Source: Phoronis australis
Taxonomy: Eukaryota; Animalia; Phoronida
Reading direction: 5' to 3'
DNA length: 64,000 nucleotides
Assembly: GCA_002633005.1 (NCBI GenBank)
Contig: NMRA01000167.1
Coordinates: 260,284-324,283, forward strand
Shown: positions 12,950-26,597 of the stretch, piece by piece
Numbering within the stretch: position 1 is the stretch's first letter
Layout of the letters: the number at the start of each line of letters is the position of its first letter
Made by a program: the position numbers and the translations under genes
The notes under the pieces: generated by a model
Databases searched by the model: none
Told to the model about the DNA's origin: nothing
The model's input: the letters and a program-made list of their open reading frames with translations, nothing else

Positions 12950-13431
12950 CAAGCCTTTATCCAGGATTTCGAAAATAGGGTGTCCAAAATGGAGTTCCCG
13001 ATATTCCATGGCGTCCATGATTCCGACGCGTAGTCCCCCACCCCCAGCAATCCTCCCAAACACGCATTTTTTTACAAAAATGCATAGACCAAGGTTTTTA
13101 CATCTAAGTTTACAAAACAGTCATCTGTAGTGAGCATTTTTACTAAAAAACTGTGTAGACCAAAACTTTTACAATGGTATCAACCAAATGTGAGCATAGC
13201 ACCATTGTATATACTTTGTATATAAATTGTATATTTCCTCCTGTTTTGGAAAAAGAGGCACCACTGTGAGTCTTCATAGGCTTCCTAGTAATCATTACAA
13301 TGTGTGTGTCCAAACTTGAAAGGTTCTGTTGATAGTGGGGTCCAAATGATACATTGGGCCTCCTTGCCAGGCCTCCATATTAGTGCTAGCCTCCATTTGG
13401 ACGCTCAGGACCCACGCTGCATAAAGGCCTA
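12950..13431 (-). mobile_element. hAT-type MITE (same family as 8073-9084)
   Basis: CAAGCCTTTAT...ATAAAGGCCTA ends, near-perfect TSD TGTGTATA/TGTGTGTA, colinear with 28086-28563. Confidence 0.85.
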
Positions 13432-13504
13432 TGTGTGTATGTTGCTACACACTTTGTGTTTTTAACTGCATCCTTGTTCTGCCTACGTCCAACTTGGGGC
13501 TGTT

Positions 13505-13925
13505 CAGAGGTTCATCTAGGATTTCAAAAATAAGGCATCCAAAATGGGTTTCCCAATTTCTCGGTGTGTCCATGACGAATAAGCTTCGATTTATAACATT
13601 TTGGTGATCTAGTCATGTTGTTGTTAGAGGGTGCTATGCTACTATGAAAACATGGTTCTTTACTTAAGATTTTTTTGTAATCTGTTTCTGTTTCTGTGGT
13701 GATGTCAGAGGGTAGGCACAGGGATAGTCTCAGGCCCTCCTCCTTCCAGATCTCTCTAAATCAACCTCTTCTTTTAGATAGGCGAATAATACGAGCTGTT
13801 GTTAGCAAGTTAAATTACTCGCTTAAACTTTACTTGGTGTTCAAAAGCTGAATAGGGCGTCCTAGCTAGGGTCTCTAAATTTGAGTTGGGACGTTCATTT
13901 GGCCTTCCTGGACACCCTCTCCCAG
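13505..13925. mobile_element. Related hAT-like MITE fragment (relatives at about 19636-19710 and 29451-29770)
   Basis: Shared aggatttcaaaaata.ggcatccaaaatg.gtttccca.tttctc.g.gcgtccatga motif. Confidence 0.55.
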
Positions 13926-15559
13926 TCATATTTGGATATATTGAGCCATGTCTGAAAGCCTCTAAGCCATGGTGAAGAATCTTGAGCCATGTTTTAATAT
14001 CTCGGGCATGTTCTGCCCCATATGATAATGAACACTGATTAGGTGGCGCTGGCAGTATGATTGTTTGAACGTCAAAAAAAGTTCAGCTTGATTTGGGACT
14101 CCTTAAGGGTAAGAAGTGGAGCCCTGTCAGACAGTGAACCTTGCTATGCTTGTTAGATGGCTGTATGATTGCATGAACGTCAAAAGCCAGACAGGGCAGC
14201 TTTATTTGGGATTACTGAATGTAAAAAAAAGAAAATCGATGACACAGTGAGCCCTGCTTTGCGAGTCAGCTGGTTGTATGATTGCATCAATGCCAAAATA
14301 CAGCTTCAGCTTGGAATCGCTGTGTTTAACCAACACATAGATGAAGGTAACGAAGGCATAAGATAGACAAAATATGAAAAATAAAAGGCTGGGTGTGGTT
14401 GTAAAGTATTTAAATGTCCAAATGTTCAGTTGCGGGCTTTAAAACCATTTACCTGTACAAAATGCTACTAATGTTGCCCAGACACAGTGTTGTACTTGTC
14501 AGTTATGTTATCTGTTGTCTTTACTTAATCCGATTACAAACTGCCTCCCATCAGAAAAAGCTTTTGATTTTCACCACTTAACATTGGGAAATTGGCCTCG
14601 GTTTGTTCCTTGGTCAAATCAGAGGTAATTTTTAGGGTTAGAAAGAACTGGCGGCTCATAGGTGCCCGAGTTGAGGCTCTGTCTACAAGTTGTCTTGTCA
14701 TGGCCGGTCATTTCATGTGGTCTCATGGTCAGTAACAAACTCATGTTTTTAAAGTCCACAAACCACTTCTTATCTAAGCTAGGAAGAAGATGGGATCAGT
14801 TTTACATTGGGATGTGATTATCAAAAGATAAGAGTTTTGGTATAAAGATCCAAAAGGTTTCTTAAATTTTGATGTTTTTGAGTTTACTTCAGAAATCTCA
14901 CCAATTTCGGATAGAAACAATTTCCAAAACTACCCTTCTTCATTTTTCTAGGGATTTTAAATTTTTTTTTAAATGTCCTATTTTTTAATATGTGGTGAAA
15001 ACTACGTTGCAGAACTCCAACATAGAAGAGCATTAATAATTTGATGCTACATATCATCTGAAAAAATGTGAAAAAAATTCACTCTTGTTTACTGCAGTAC
15101 CAATTTAGGACACTATATGATGGCAGGTGAAATTTTGTTGGTTTTTTCCATAATTATTGATAAAATAAATGTGTTATTATTTTTATGAAGTTAATACCAT
15201 AGGTATTACCAAACAGTGTTTTGTGGGTATTCACAACAGTGTCTAAGCCTTTGGAAAAGAGATTGATCTCGGCAATTAGTTCTGTCTGAAATTGGTGATG
15301 TTTTATTGTACGTACCGCAGTTGAATGGTAAATAAAAATGTCAGCAAAACCTTTTTTCTGTGCTGATCAATCGGGACTGGAGCATCACAGTGCCGCAATT
15401 CTCCCCTCATTGTGTACAAGAATAATTGCCAAAGCTGTTGTTTTGTAATTATTCAAACGCTGATTACTTAACTACAAATATTGGAAAATTTGCCAAAAAA
15501 ATTATGACACCTGCACAATACAAACCACGCTAGTAATACACTAAGATTTTCGCAATTGT

Positions 15560-15760
15560 AGGCCGTATCGTGTGCTAGGGTTAGAGTCCCTCTGGACCAC
15601 TCTGCTAGACTCTTGAGTCAGGTTTCTAGCAGTTTGATTTTAATAAAGTATATACTAATAAAGCATAAATATGGTTCTAGCTAGTGCAATGGGCCCACAT
15701 GCGCGGCTTGCTCACATCTGGTACACCTTGTACCAGATTGCCTGCAATTATTGTGTTATT
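15560..15760 (+). mobile_element. SINE-like element, second copy
   Basis: Similar to 1780-1995. Confidence 0.55.
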
Positions 15761-15821
15761 AATATTGGGTGTTAAATAAATATTCACCATAGTGTGTTGG
15801 AGGGATAATCCTGGGCCTCAG

Positions 15822-16217
15822 TGGCTGGTTGCATGAAACAGTCCCAAATAGGTACTTGACTAAGTTCCCTAAATCTACTGTGTATTTGCAGGCTTGTGAA
15901 AACACTGATTGTCTTACCTTATGCTTACCTTATGTACCATTACTATGCCAGTTTTTGGCTTTGATACAAATCGAGAGTGAACTCTTGATTGAATTCTCAG
16001 TATTATTGAAAATAGGTAGGGATCTTTTCTTGCAACGCCCCCAATTTAAGGACAAAGTCCCTAACTATTAGAACATGCCATTAGTCAAAGAAGAGCTCAT
16101 AATAATGATAAAATAAACAAAAATATAATATCTGTGCCTAAAGAACGAAACAAATACGAAAAAGATTTAGGGAACTTAGTTGAGTCCCTATTTGGGACTG
16201 CTTCATGCAACCGGCCA
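15822..16217. mobile_element. PIF/Harbinger-type MITE
   Basis: Roughly 50-bp TIRs (TGGCTGGTTGCATGAAACAGTCCCAAATAGG...) with a 3-bp TSD CAG. Second copy at 58912-59344. Confidence 0.85.
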
Positions 16218-16252
16218 CAGAAACTTACTCACTAGGTTTGGTGACGACAGTA

Positions 16253-16557
16253 CAGTAAAATTCTAGAGTTTGGCTCAGTCTCTAAAATTTGGGAAATGGA
16301 AATTGAATTTTCTGGATTCTGAAGATTGGGACATATTCAATTTTGATGTTACCTTATTTCTCAAATTTCGGTCTTCAATTGCGTAACATTTTCATTTTTC
16401 ATTGACTGCAATTCTTGAATTTTGGACGGCCAATATTGCCCATTTCTAAAATTTTTACAAGTTAAGCCATAGCATAAATTTCAAGAGAATTCAATTTTTG
16501 CTTGAATTTACATGTCCCAAATTTTAGAGGCTGACCCAAGCTAGAGAATCTTTACCG
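16253..16557. mobile_element. TA-flanked pogo/Tigger-like MITE
   Basis: TA|CAGTAAAATTCTAGAGTTTGGCTCAGTCTCTAAAATTTGGGA with a matching inverted right end ...TTTACCG|TA. Degenerate relative at about 12605-12756. Confidence 0.75.
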
Positions 16558-17334
16558 TAGTCGGGATATCTAGTCCCCAATCCAAAGATAGGTTACCAGC
16601 ATGCTGTTCGAGACTCAAAAGTCCTGTTTTGCTTGGGGACAGCTGAGAAACTTGTTGCCAAACATCGATCAAAAATCATTTGTCACCAGCTATTGAGCTG
16701 TTCTTTGAGTAAAAGTGAGAAATCCTTTCTTACGAAAAAAATGTGCTTTTGCACACCGAGAGATTCTGTGCAACGTAGACGATTGGTCGACCATGACCTT
16801 TGCATCATACACTTGTCTAAATTCTGAAACCTTTTTAATTCACACCGTGTCTTGAGTGCGAGCGTAGTGTATATGAGGATACTCTGACCTAGTTTGAGTG
16901 ATGCAGTTTGGAAAAGTTGCACGTTCTTCTCTCCAATGCTGATGCTGCCAGGCGACATGAGTTCAGGATGCGCCAAGTCATTGCCAATTCCGCAGCAAGC
17001 ACTGTAGCTATTTCTACCAACTGACGGTATTTTGGATGATTGTGAGCTATGCACTCAGAAATTTTAAGACAATTTTGGCAATATTTTTTCAGGAATTATT
17101 GAGATTTTACACTAATTCAAAACTTTTGATGATACTGTACATGCCAAAAGTAATTCTGAGAAAGTAAAATAACTCGGACTTACCCATCATATATGACCAA
17201 TGACTAGCAGTAGATTACCAGGTTACCAAACTAAGCAGGGAGAGTGGACAAAGTCGCCCTCTTGTGGCATATTCTCACACATAACGACTTGTTCCTTCTG
17301 TGGAAAACTACAGTGTATTGTCTTGCAAACCTCA

Positions 17335-17563
17335 GGCGGACACTCGCTGTGTAGTAGCAGGCGAGTGCCATGAGGATAAAGGCGGACACTCGCTGTGCAG
17401 TAGCAGGCTAGCCCCATGACGACAAAGATGGACACTCGCTGTACAGTAGCAGGCTAGCACCATGACGACAAAGGCGGAACTCCCTGTGCAGTAGCAGACT
17501 AGCGCCGTGACGACAAAGCCGGACACTCGCTGTGCAGTAGCAGGCTAGCACCATTACGACAAA
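17335..17563 (+). repeat. 46-bp minisatellite x5
   Basis: Units ggcggacactcgctgtgcagtagcaggctagcaccatgacgacaaa start at 17335, 17381, 17427, 17473 and 17518. Confidence 0.93.
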
Positions 17564-19102
17564 GGAAGTGGGACAAAATTCAGCTTGTTTTTCATCTTGC
17601 AAAATACCGGTTTGTAAGCTGACGCGGTGAAATCGCTATTCCGTAATTGAAATTTTGCCGAAATGCCATCATGACCTTCTCTTTTTGCCGAAGGATGGGC
17701 AACACAATAGCCATCACAACGATAATTTCTCTGCTCCCTGTAATTAACTGACACAGGAAGTGCAACTGGCAGGGGTTGCTTATCAGCAGTGGATGTATGG
17801 TCATTGAACACGATTCACACAACTCTAGTGGAGGCTTTAAGTGTCTGGCACACATTTCTTGTTGGTTTGGAGATCAAAAGGTAGTACTCTGTTCTGTTTA
17901 CACCAAAATGATTTTGACTTTTAAACCCAGCTTGATGGTTGAAAACCTTGGTTTAAAAAGTTTAAAACTGGTTGTAAAAGAAGCACAGTTATGGTGAAAA
18001 TTCTTCAGTTTGGAACACAATATGGCGGGCTGGTGGAAGTTCATCTTGTCAAATTTCTCAACAAGAATAGCTTCAGGAAAATATATCTATCGCACCCTCA
18101 GAGAAGGTGGTTTAGTGACCAGTTGTAACCTTGTGTGTACATGAAGGGAATTCATACACTGACCTCTATTGGCTAAAATCAGGATTTTAACAGATTTGTG
18201 ACATTCAGTGTGAACCTGTGGTAATTGAACAAAAATTGTTACTGAGGAAAAGTTATAATCTCGTTTGGTTGGTACTTGTATTGAATATAACCTAAAAAGT
18301 TACACATCTAGTTATTAAAGAGTTCTTTTGTTCTTCCTGAAGATGAGTCATTGTTCTATTAATTTCTGTTTGCATTGTTCGTGTGTAAGAATTGTTTGTG
18401 AGCATGACTCAAGGCTGCTGTGCTTACTGAAGTGCCTTGATAATCTTCTTCATTGTTCATGTTGTTACAGGCATGTCCATTGATGAGTTGTATTCTTGTC
18501 ATGGAGGATTTGGTACATGGGAGATAATTCTTCTTGATTAGTAAACGTTAGTTGCATTATTTATCCGATTACACGACTTGCTTTGGTACTCTGGAGTTCC
18601 GAACAGTTGTAGAGACAGCAATAATAGTATAGACTGGAAATTTTCAAGATTTCTAATAATAGTAGAGACTAATACATTTTTGCCACTAGAAGAGTAGAAT
18701 GATAGTATAGACCAGAAATTTGCGAAAAAATTAATAATAGTTTAGAATGGAATCAATGGTATGTGTGTCAGATTTGTGGAACTTTAGAAATAGTATAGAC
18801 TGGAATAATATTTGCGTAAAATGTAAAATGTTCACGACGAAAGCAAACTGGCATGGCTCGTGCATGACTCAGCTGACAAGTCTTACAACTTAAACTTTTC
18901 ATTGGGCAATGAGGTACATACATACGATGCATTTGTTGCTACTAATGACAATACATACTTGGGAGTCTGATTATTTAAGCTTTGAAATGTACAGTTGTAT
19001 ACTTAACAAATATAATCTTTTTCATGTGCATGTTATTACAAGCGACTTCCATGTGTACTGTGGAATCGTATATAATCTTTAAAATTGCTAATTTGTTAGG
19101 AG

Positions 19103-19153
19103 TGTCTCGTTGTCTAGTGGTTAGGTCTGTTAGTTCTCACTCAGGCTACCAGG
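19103..19153 (+). pseudogene. tRNA-Glu-like 5' fragment (SINE head or tRNA pseudogene)
   Basis: GTCTAGTGGTTAGG A-box/D-arm and a CTC anticodon-like loop (ttctcac). Truncated before any B-box. Confidence 0.4.
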
Positions 19154-20005
19154 AACCTTCGGAACTCGGTGTCCAAAAATTTTTGAGTAACAAAATTGCG
19201 TTCAGGAAATGAGTAAGAAACAGCCAACTTCGAATTTCATCATGATCAAATAATTGTGGAGGAGTGGAAAAACCATATGTAATTAATAAATATAGAGACC
19301 CAAATAAGCTTCATATAGACCGGAAAAAGAGTCTGAAATAAAGTATCGTATATAGATTATGGCTATTCGGAACTCGAGAGTAGATAATGAATATTCAGCA
19401 GTAACTTCCTGAAGGTGATAGCCACTTAAGGGGGTCTGGATTTTTAGAACCAGTCTGATGCCCATAACACTGATAACTTTAGTTGTGTTAGGTAGATCTT
19501 TGAAAATTTATTGAATTAAGTCTGATCTGCACGCCACCTGTTGGCCAAATCATGTGACTTATGAACATATATGCTACTTCGAAATGAAATTCCTTAAAAT
19601 TGAGGGGGGGGNGGCTTCTCTGCGGTTGTGTTCATCCGGGGCTCATACAGGATTTCAATGATAGGTCGTCCAAAAAGGTTTTCTTAATTTCTCAGGACGT
19701 CCATGACCAACAACCAACAATGCATAACTCCATGTCATCTTGCTGCAGTGGTGTGTGTTACTGTGGAGACATGTGTCTGCAGTAAAGTTTATGGTATCTT
19801 GCATCTTGCATCATGTATTAATGGCAACTCTCTTATTCTGGACACTATAGTGGACAGGGCACTGAGCTGCCATGACTCTTGTTGGCTACATACTAGTAGT
19901 TCAAAGAGACATTTGCTTACTAACATGCTTACTTTACATAGGTGTACAAACACACGGTTCAGCTGCTGAATATGGCATCTTGGTGGCACCCAAAATGGAG
20001 TTCTG

Positions 20006-20250
20006 GAGCCCGTTCCAACAAAACTGACTTAGCTAAGACAAATCTTAAATTTTAGTAAATTTTAAAATAAAAGTTAAATTTGTCTCAAAACCAATTCAAG
20101 AGTTTTTATGTTTGACTTAAGTGTTTGACATAAATTTTGTTGTGATTTTGAATAGCTTACCGAAAGTGGAAGTTTCAAAGTTTGGAAGTTAAGACAAGTC
20201 TTTAAACTTAAGTCAGAAATTAACTGAAGTCAGTTTCTTGGAACAGGCCC
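20006..20250. mobile_element. PIF/Harbinger-type MITE
   Basis: CTG|GAGCCCGTTCCAACAAAACTGACTT ... AAGTCAGTTTCTTGGAACAGGCCC|CTG, with a 3-bp TSD. Confidence 0.8.
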
Positions 20251-23200
20251 CTGGTGCTGGACTGAAGACCAGTCTATGCAGTTACTTGGGTTGCTATTTA
20301 CATTAGAAAATTTGTAGGGAGATTTTGAATTCTTAACCAAATTGCTGTTATTCACACTCGACTGAGCTGGCAACACAATTACAGGTAATGCCAACGACAC
20401 CATTTTGGAAATGACTGGTTTCTGGTTGGGAAAACTCAATGAACTATGAAGGTTGTTTACTGAGTCCCTGATGGTTTGGATATTCTTGTTGGTAAGGGTC
20501 CTACTGTGGTAAGGAACATTGTAAGATGGATTGGCCTCAAGCTGGACTGGCCTCAAGCTATATTTCGCCCAGGTTAGCTGGCTGAAGAAGCAAAAATGGC
20601 TTCGGGCCTTTTACTCAAGATTTGTTAAATAGGTCTCTGTTATATGATGGAATATATTTCTGTTACCAACTTCGGCAACTTATTAAGATAGTTAATCGGG
20701 GATGGTCAATCCTGAAATTGAGAATTTGAGAATGGCCAATATAAGCATGACGGGTAATTTCGTGTCGTTTCGTTGCGTTATTTTCGGCCCGTGCACTTTA
20801 CTCTGGTGTTTCTGGCTTTTTCAACAAAAGATCTGGTCATTGGTTGGAAAATTGATATTCAAGAACTGATGAGATATGTGAAATCTGATCTGTAAGTTGG
20901 TTGAGTCGATGCAATTTCATTGTTGCCTCTCTTTATGTCAAAGGTTTAACTACATCTTCTCTCTGAGTGCATGTACCTGATATCACCAACTTGTGCTAAT
21001 TGAGTGTGTAAATTATCGTCATTTCTAATATCAAACTTCCTGCTGTAATCAATATTTGGACGCTATGACTTTCCACTCTGCTTCCTGTATTCGAGGATGT
21101 AGGTTTGATGTTGCTTTTTGCGTTGGAGGAAGCTGTATATGTTACGGATTGAAAATAATTGGAATTGGACAAAATGAGCAGGAACTCGCCATCATAACAC
21201 AAGTGAAATTCACAGTCTTGACTAGTAATTCCCCATCCTGACGGAAAAACAGAATTTTTCCCTATTTATTGCTTCACTATTCTGTTGTCTGATACTAGAA
21301 GACATCTACGAACACAGACTGCCATTGGATTTCTTTGTCAACTACGGTATGTGTTTTGGTGAACTCTGAACTTAGTAGGAGGAGATTTTGAACATTTGTT
21401 AGTTTTTATGGTATTTTGCTGAACATAGGGGGCAGACTGATGTGTGAAAAGCGAAGGTTTCAGTACAGCTGATGGTGAAATTTAACAAATTTTTTCTGAG
21501 TACTTACCGGTAAGTAGATGTGAGACACTGGAAATTGTCTAAGTTTGGTGAAAAGGATGTTATCGTTTTTTACAGCTGAAAAACTCATTTAATGGGATTA
21601 TTTTTGGACGGAATAGATTTTTTGAACTTAAAGCTTCGACCAGTTGTTTTTTCTGATTTTAATGTTATCAATTCTCGGCAGACATTGACTGAAGTTAAAA
21701 CTGGTGACTTAACCAACTAAACGCTAGTCAAATAAATTACTCTGCCATCTAGTGGTCAGGTATAGCTGTGCCAACGCATCAGTAAGCTATGGGTTTGATT
21801 TTGCGCCAACGCTGATCTCAGAAAATCACTTTTATTGCCAATAATGTCACTTTAAACTTTGAAATGTTCCTCAGAAATGGCTAGCTGGGAATCAAATTCA
21901 TCTTTTGTCCAGAGTGCTGCAATAGGGACTTTATTGTAAACGATTCTCATGAAAAAGTTTAAATTTATGTAATACAAAAGAATGATGATTTAGAATACTT
22001 TGACAGCAGTCTTGAAATTAAATTATGAGCATTGGCTCTTGGTTTGCTGCTGTTGATCGTTCTTTTTGCTAAATTTTACCAAAAAGATAGAGTCATGTGA
22101 CCCAATTAACGGGTCTGCAGACTTTCTAATATCCATTTTAACTGACTTACGGTAGTTTTGTAGATGTTTGGCTGAGTACACCGAGTTGTCTCAAGCTTTG
22201 CATAACCCTAAGCTTGAGGTATTACAAAAGTGGTACTTTAACGCCTTTATGAAAAAATCAAAATTTCGGGGAAGCAAAAAATTTTGTATTTTTTTATTGG
22301 TGTATGCATCCTCGGATTTCTATTTTCTTCTTTACACAAATGGTCATGTGACCTAGATTTTGAGCTAGAAATTTAATTCTGAACACTTCCTACTTCCAGA
22401 AAATTTATAGCTTTAATCCTTTAAATTGTATCTGTAGGACATTTGAATGCATTTAACACACATCTGCTGATGAGGTTACTCAGTTAATTGTCTAGGTATT
22501 TATTCAGGTTACCTTGACGATATCATGTACTTTGATTTTATGGCTTTCAATTATATGGGAGTGTATCTGCATGTGGTTCTGAGTGACTGAATGACTGTGG
22601 GAGTGATGGTGTGCAAGTACTTCATTGAACGAAATAGTACATTGTTTATACCTTCTCTGGTTATTACTAATGTAATTTAGTGCACAAATTGCTGGACATT
22701 TCTGGGAAATTTTCACAAAATACTCAGGAAAGAATTGGTTCGTGAAATTTTGTTTGCTGCACACAGCACAACGCAAAATATGAAAATTTGATACACTGCG
22801 GTAAAATAGATAAACGCCGTTGTTGGCAATTAGGTCCACGTGTCCTGAACTGAAAATTTTGAACAATTTTTCTTACTTTCTGCTTGATTTTTCCCTTTGC
22901 TTTTCTGTTTTGTGCATGCACTTGGGCAGTCTTATATTGGGACAAACATAATTCCTAGAATTAATGTTTCCTCATTACACGGTCTCAGCATTTTGCTATT
23001 GTAATTGCAGACTTTAGATATCTTAAATATTGTGTTCATCGAGAAATTTTGATGTTTAAATTTAAAAATTTCATTTGAGCATCAGCTCAAACGAACAAAA
23101 ACTTCGCCAACATTTGGCTTGTGACTCTCTAGCTTTGTGAGAGAAGAAAGCCTCTTTCACTTGACCCAGTTTCAACTTGTGGCGAGCAAGATGGACTGAA

Positions 23201-23727
23201 TTTACATTAAGCTGAAACGTTATTTCTTTCATTCACAGACATTTTGGTACTGGACAATTCATTTCAATTTCCTTTAGTAAGTGGTAATTTGGTGACATGA
23301 TAGCAATTAAGAATTTCAAAAAGGTTGAAAAAATCTCACTACCTTAAATCTTACAGTAGTGAACTGTAGATGGCACTTGACATTGTCCTCCAAGAAGCCT
23401 ATCACAGTGAAGCATAATTTCTTTAGGATGCCACCATACATGCTACCATATTGAAAAATGAATATCGCTTATATGGATCAGGTCAAATGTCACCAATTTC
23501 TGTCAACGATAATTGCCAAAAATGATCATTTTTCGTTCTTCAAAAACTTCTAAGGTGAATGCCGACATTTTTTTCAAACCTTTGTTTCATGTAGAACAAA
23601 ACGTGAACCTAGAATTTGTACATGTTCCTTGGAAAAATAATCAATAATGAATTTTACTTGTCGGCCATATTGTGTCCTTTATTGATCAGATTTTACTGTC
23701 ATGTGACCGTTGCTTTTGGTATTGCAG

Positions 23728-23871
23728 GCCATCCATGCATTTCTGCGGCGGGTCAACCTGAGCCGTGGAGACACAAAACTTCCTCCGGTGTCTTCATCGA
23801 AGGCAGTCAGGTTTTTAATGGCCAGAAAGTTTGATATAGATAGAGCCTGTGAACTCTTGGAAAACCACGAG
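23728..23871 (+). CDS. PTPN9: PTPN9 exon 2 (CRAL-TRIO N)
   Basis: AG/GT bounded, 144 nt. AIHAFL...AVRFLMARKFDIDRACELLENHE contains the PTPN9 FLMARKFD motif. Confidence 0.95.
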
Positions 23872-24495
23872 GTGAGTCGCCATTTAGACTGTTTCAAAGA
23901 TGCCTAACCATGTTTGCCCTGTTGTGGTCTTGCGTTTATAGAGCTTGGAGGAATACTTATTTGTTCTGAAACTGTGAGTTACGATGAGAGCATTTTCCAC
24001 TTGGAGAAATGTCTGTCTTGAACATGTGCATTCACAGCACCTTACGTATTTTTGGAGCCTCGAATTATCAATGGAAAGGGCGTGTGTGTTCAAACATCAA
24101 TCATGAATTCAAAGGTATTTAGTCAACAGATGGCAGTCAGCTTAGCATGTTTCAAAACTGGTGTAGTTGACCTCATTCTCAATCCTTAAGTGCTGTCTAC
24201 ACACAGACTTACCTTAGAACAAGTTACTCCTTGATTGAGTTGTCATTACGTTTGAGTGCTGTCTGGACGCTGTTTAGAACTAGCGCAACTTACCCCACTT
24301 GTGACAACTAAACTCCACATTATCGAGGTGTGGTAGCTTGTTCTAGGGTAACTTGCGCCACTTGTAATTGCTGTGTGACGGCAAAAGTGGGGTAGGGGTC
24401 GTAGGGCGGATGTAAATTTCAGCTGCGATTACATATAGACCGGTTTTCTCTTGCGCACCATATTCGCGACAACCATTGCCTTATCCTAGTTATCG

Positions 24496-24538
24496 TGTGT
24501 GTGTGTGTGCGCACGCGCACGCGTGCGTGTGTATGTCG

Positions 24539-24614
<76 letters not shown>
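24496..24614 (+). repeat. (GT)n microsatellite with GCGCAC interruptions
   Basis: Long alternating purine-pyrimidine tract. Confidence 0.97.
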
Positions 24615-24616
<2 letters not shown>

Positions 24617-26433
24617 GTGTGTTAATGGGACTTAAGTCTGCCTTCAAATGTGTTGTTTTGAGTAAAGTTGGAATGTGTGAACATTTACGGATATTCATAA
24701 GCTTTAATTTTGTTGAGTCAGGCTTGACTTCCTCATCGCGATGAGTGTGCAATCTTAAACACTTGTTGTTGTTCACTTTTTCATTTTATGTAGAGGAATA
24801 CATAGTTTTGTTATTTATTCTGTGTACAACGGCTCTATACATCCTATATTCAGACATGAAGAATCTGTGGAATATGGCGTATGTCAGTGCTTTGCATTTA
24901 CCAGTCCAACTTAGTACCCATGAGGGTTGACTATATAGAGCCTCTGTCGTTACCAGGTGACACCAGCAGAGTATGAAAGGTATTGAACAATGTCAAGGTG
25001 ACCATTCTGTTGGGAGGGCCAGCTGTTGTTGCTAAGTTACTTGACATGGCTTTCAAGACAAACCACAGTCAGTAGATATTGATATCCTCTAGTCCCTGCT
25101 AATGCCAATGTTTACCTCACTTATTTTCAGTAATTAACGCAGGGAGTGGCCTCTGGGGTCTGTTATCATAAAAAGTGACTTACAACAGAAATTTTGTCTC
25201 ATGCTCCACACAACTATATCGAAAAAATGATTAAATCTCACTAGCGCAGAAGTCCAGAGTCTCTGAGAATATGCACGTAACTTCCAAATACTTAGATGAT
25301 TACTTTAGATTATTTTTGGACTATGACACGTTCATAGTGACTTGCCTGAACCTTGTTGAGCAGTTGTGGAGTGGGATCATCATTTTCATGAGACAGACCC
25401 CTGTTCTGATTGTAACCCGTGCGTTTGTGCGTGCGTGTATGTGTCAATGACGTCATGCTCACAGGCTCATACACTGAAGAAATGAGGCCATAGTCTGGCC
25501 AATTGTCGTCATGTAAAAGAGCAAGAAAAGAACATCGTTGGGTAGTATTTATTTTGTTTCCACGTGTGTCAGTTGCTTTGTAATCCAAAAATTTTTCACA
25601 ATCCAAGTATTTTATTCTGAAACCATCCAGACACGATTATTGGGTTCTCATGGTCGTATGTAAAGTTTGAAAATGTTTCCCTTCGACGAGAAAATGCTCA
25701 TTGGTTTTTTCTTGTTTGAGGAATTCCGTGGCTCCCAAAAAAGCTATCCTTACCATTAACGCTGTATGTGTGACCTCTGGCAGGTTTCAGTCACCACTGC
25801 ATTCCGCTTACCATTTGGCTGGTCCGGTTCTGTTGTGAACATCCTTACAGGCTGACCCCCGCCGGCATTGTCGGCGTACTTTGCCTAGCGATCAGTTGCA
25901 ACAAACCGTCTAGCTCTTGCCTTTCTGTTGTGTCATTTCTGTTCTTGCGGTCTTGAAGTCATGGGCAGTGACTTTCGATTCATTGTGACTAAGTTCTATT
26001 GAGATCTATGAAGTGTTATTTTTTAGCAGGTCTGTACTTGACATCATAAGTGGAAAGCGCTATTCATTCAGTATAAAGCATTCTATTTAGGCCACTTGAA
26101 TTGGATGAGAAGGTAAACAGTTTCCAGTTTGTTATTTTGTAAGGCGTGGGAGAAACATTTTAAGAAAGAAATGTATGAAATATGGTCACTCCAGCAAAGT
26201 TAAACCAACTTCTGAATTGTTTGGTTGTGAATGTCAAATATGTAATATGTAAATAACACAACAATAATGGATCAACTGAAATTTTCGGATGTAATCATGT
26301 CCTTTGTCAACAGAAGCAGAAATACATAAAAGTAAAATCAAGCACGATAAGACACGAATCTTTCAAAATATTGTCTTTAATTCAGTGCGGTATATGAAGA
26401 AAATATAAATAAAATTTCCCTTTTTTCTGCCTT

Positions 26434-26597
26434 AGTGTACCCTATATTGGTGAGATTTTACTATTTACCATATTAAGTGAGTTCCCGACCGATATCCCAT
26501 TCATTGCCATGTCATAGTGTAACCTATATTGGTGAGATTTTACTCTTTACTATAGTTAGTGAGTTCCCGACCGGTATCCCATTCGTTCCCATGTCAC
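26434..26597 (+). repeat. Tandem duplication of ~80 bp
   Basis: tagtgta.cctatattggtgagattttact...gagttcccgacc...atgtca occurs twice. Confidence 0.85.

Noticed and set aside
17335-17563. CRISPR-like array
   Set aside because: Units are contiguous with no unique spacers, there are no cas genes, and the context is a eukaryotic intron.
24486-24776. Poly-VC / poly-TH ORFs
   Set aside because: They are translations of the (GT)n microsatellite.
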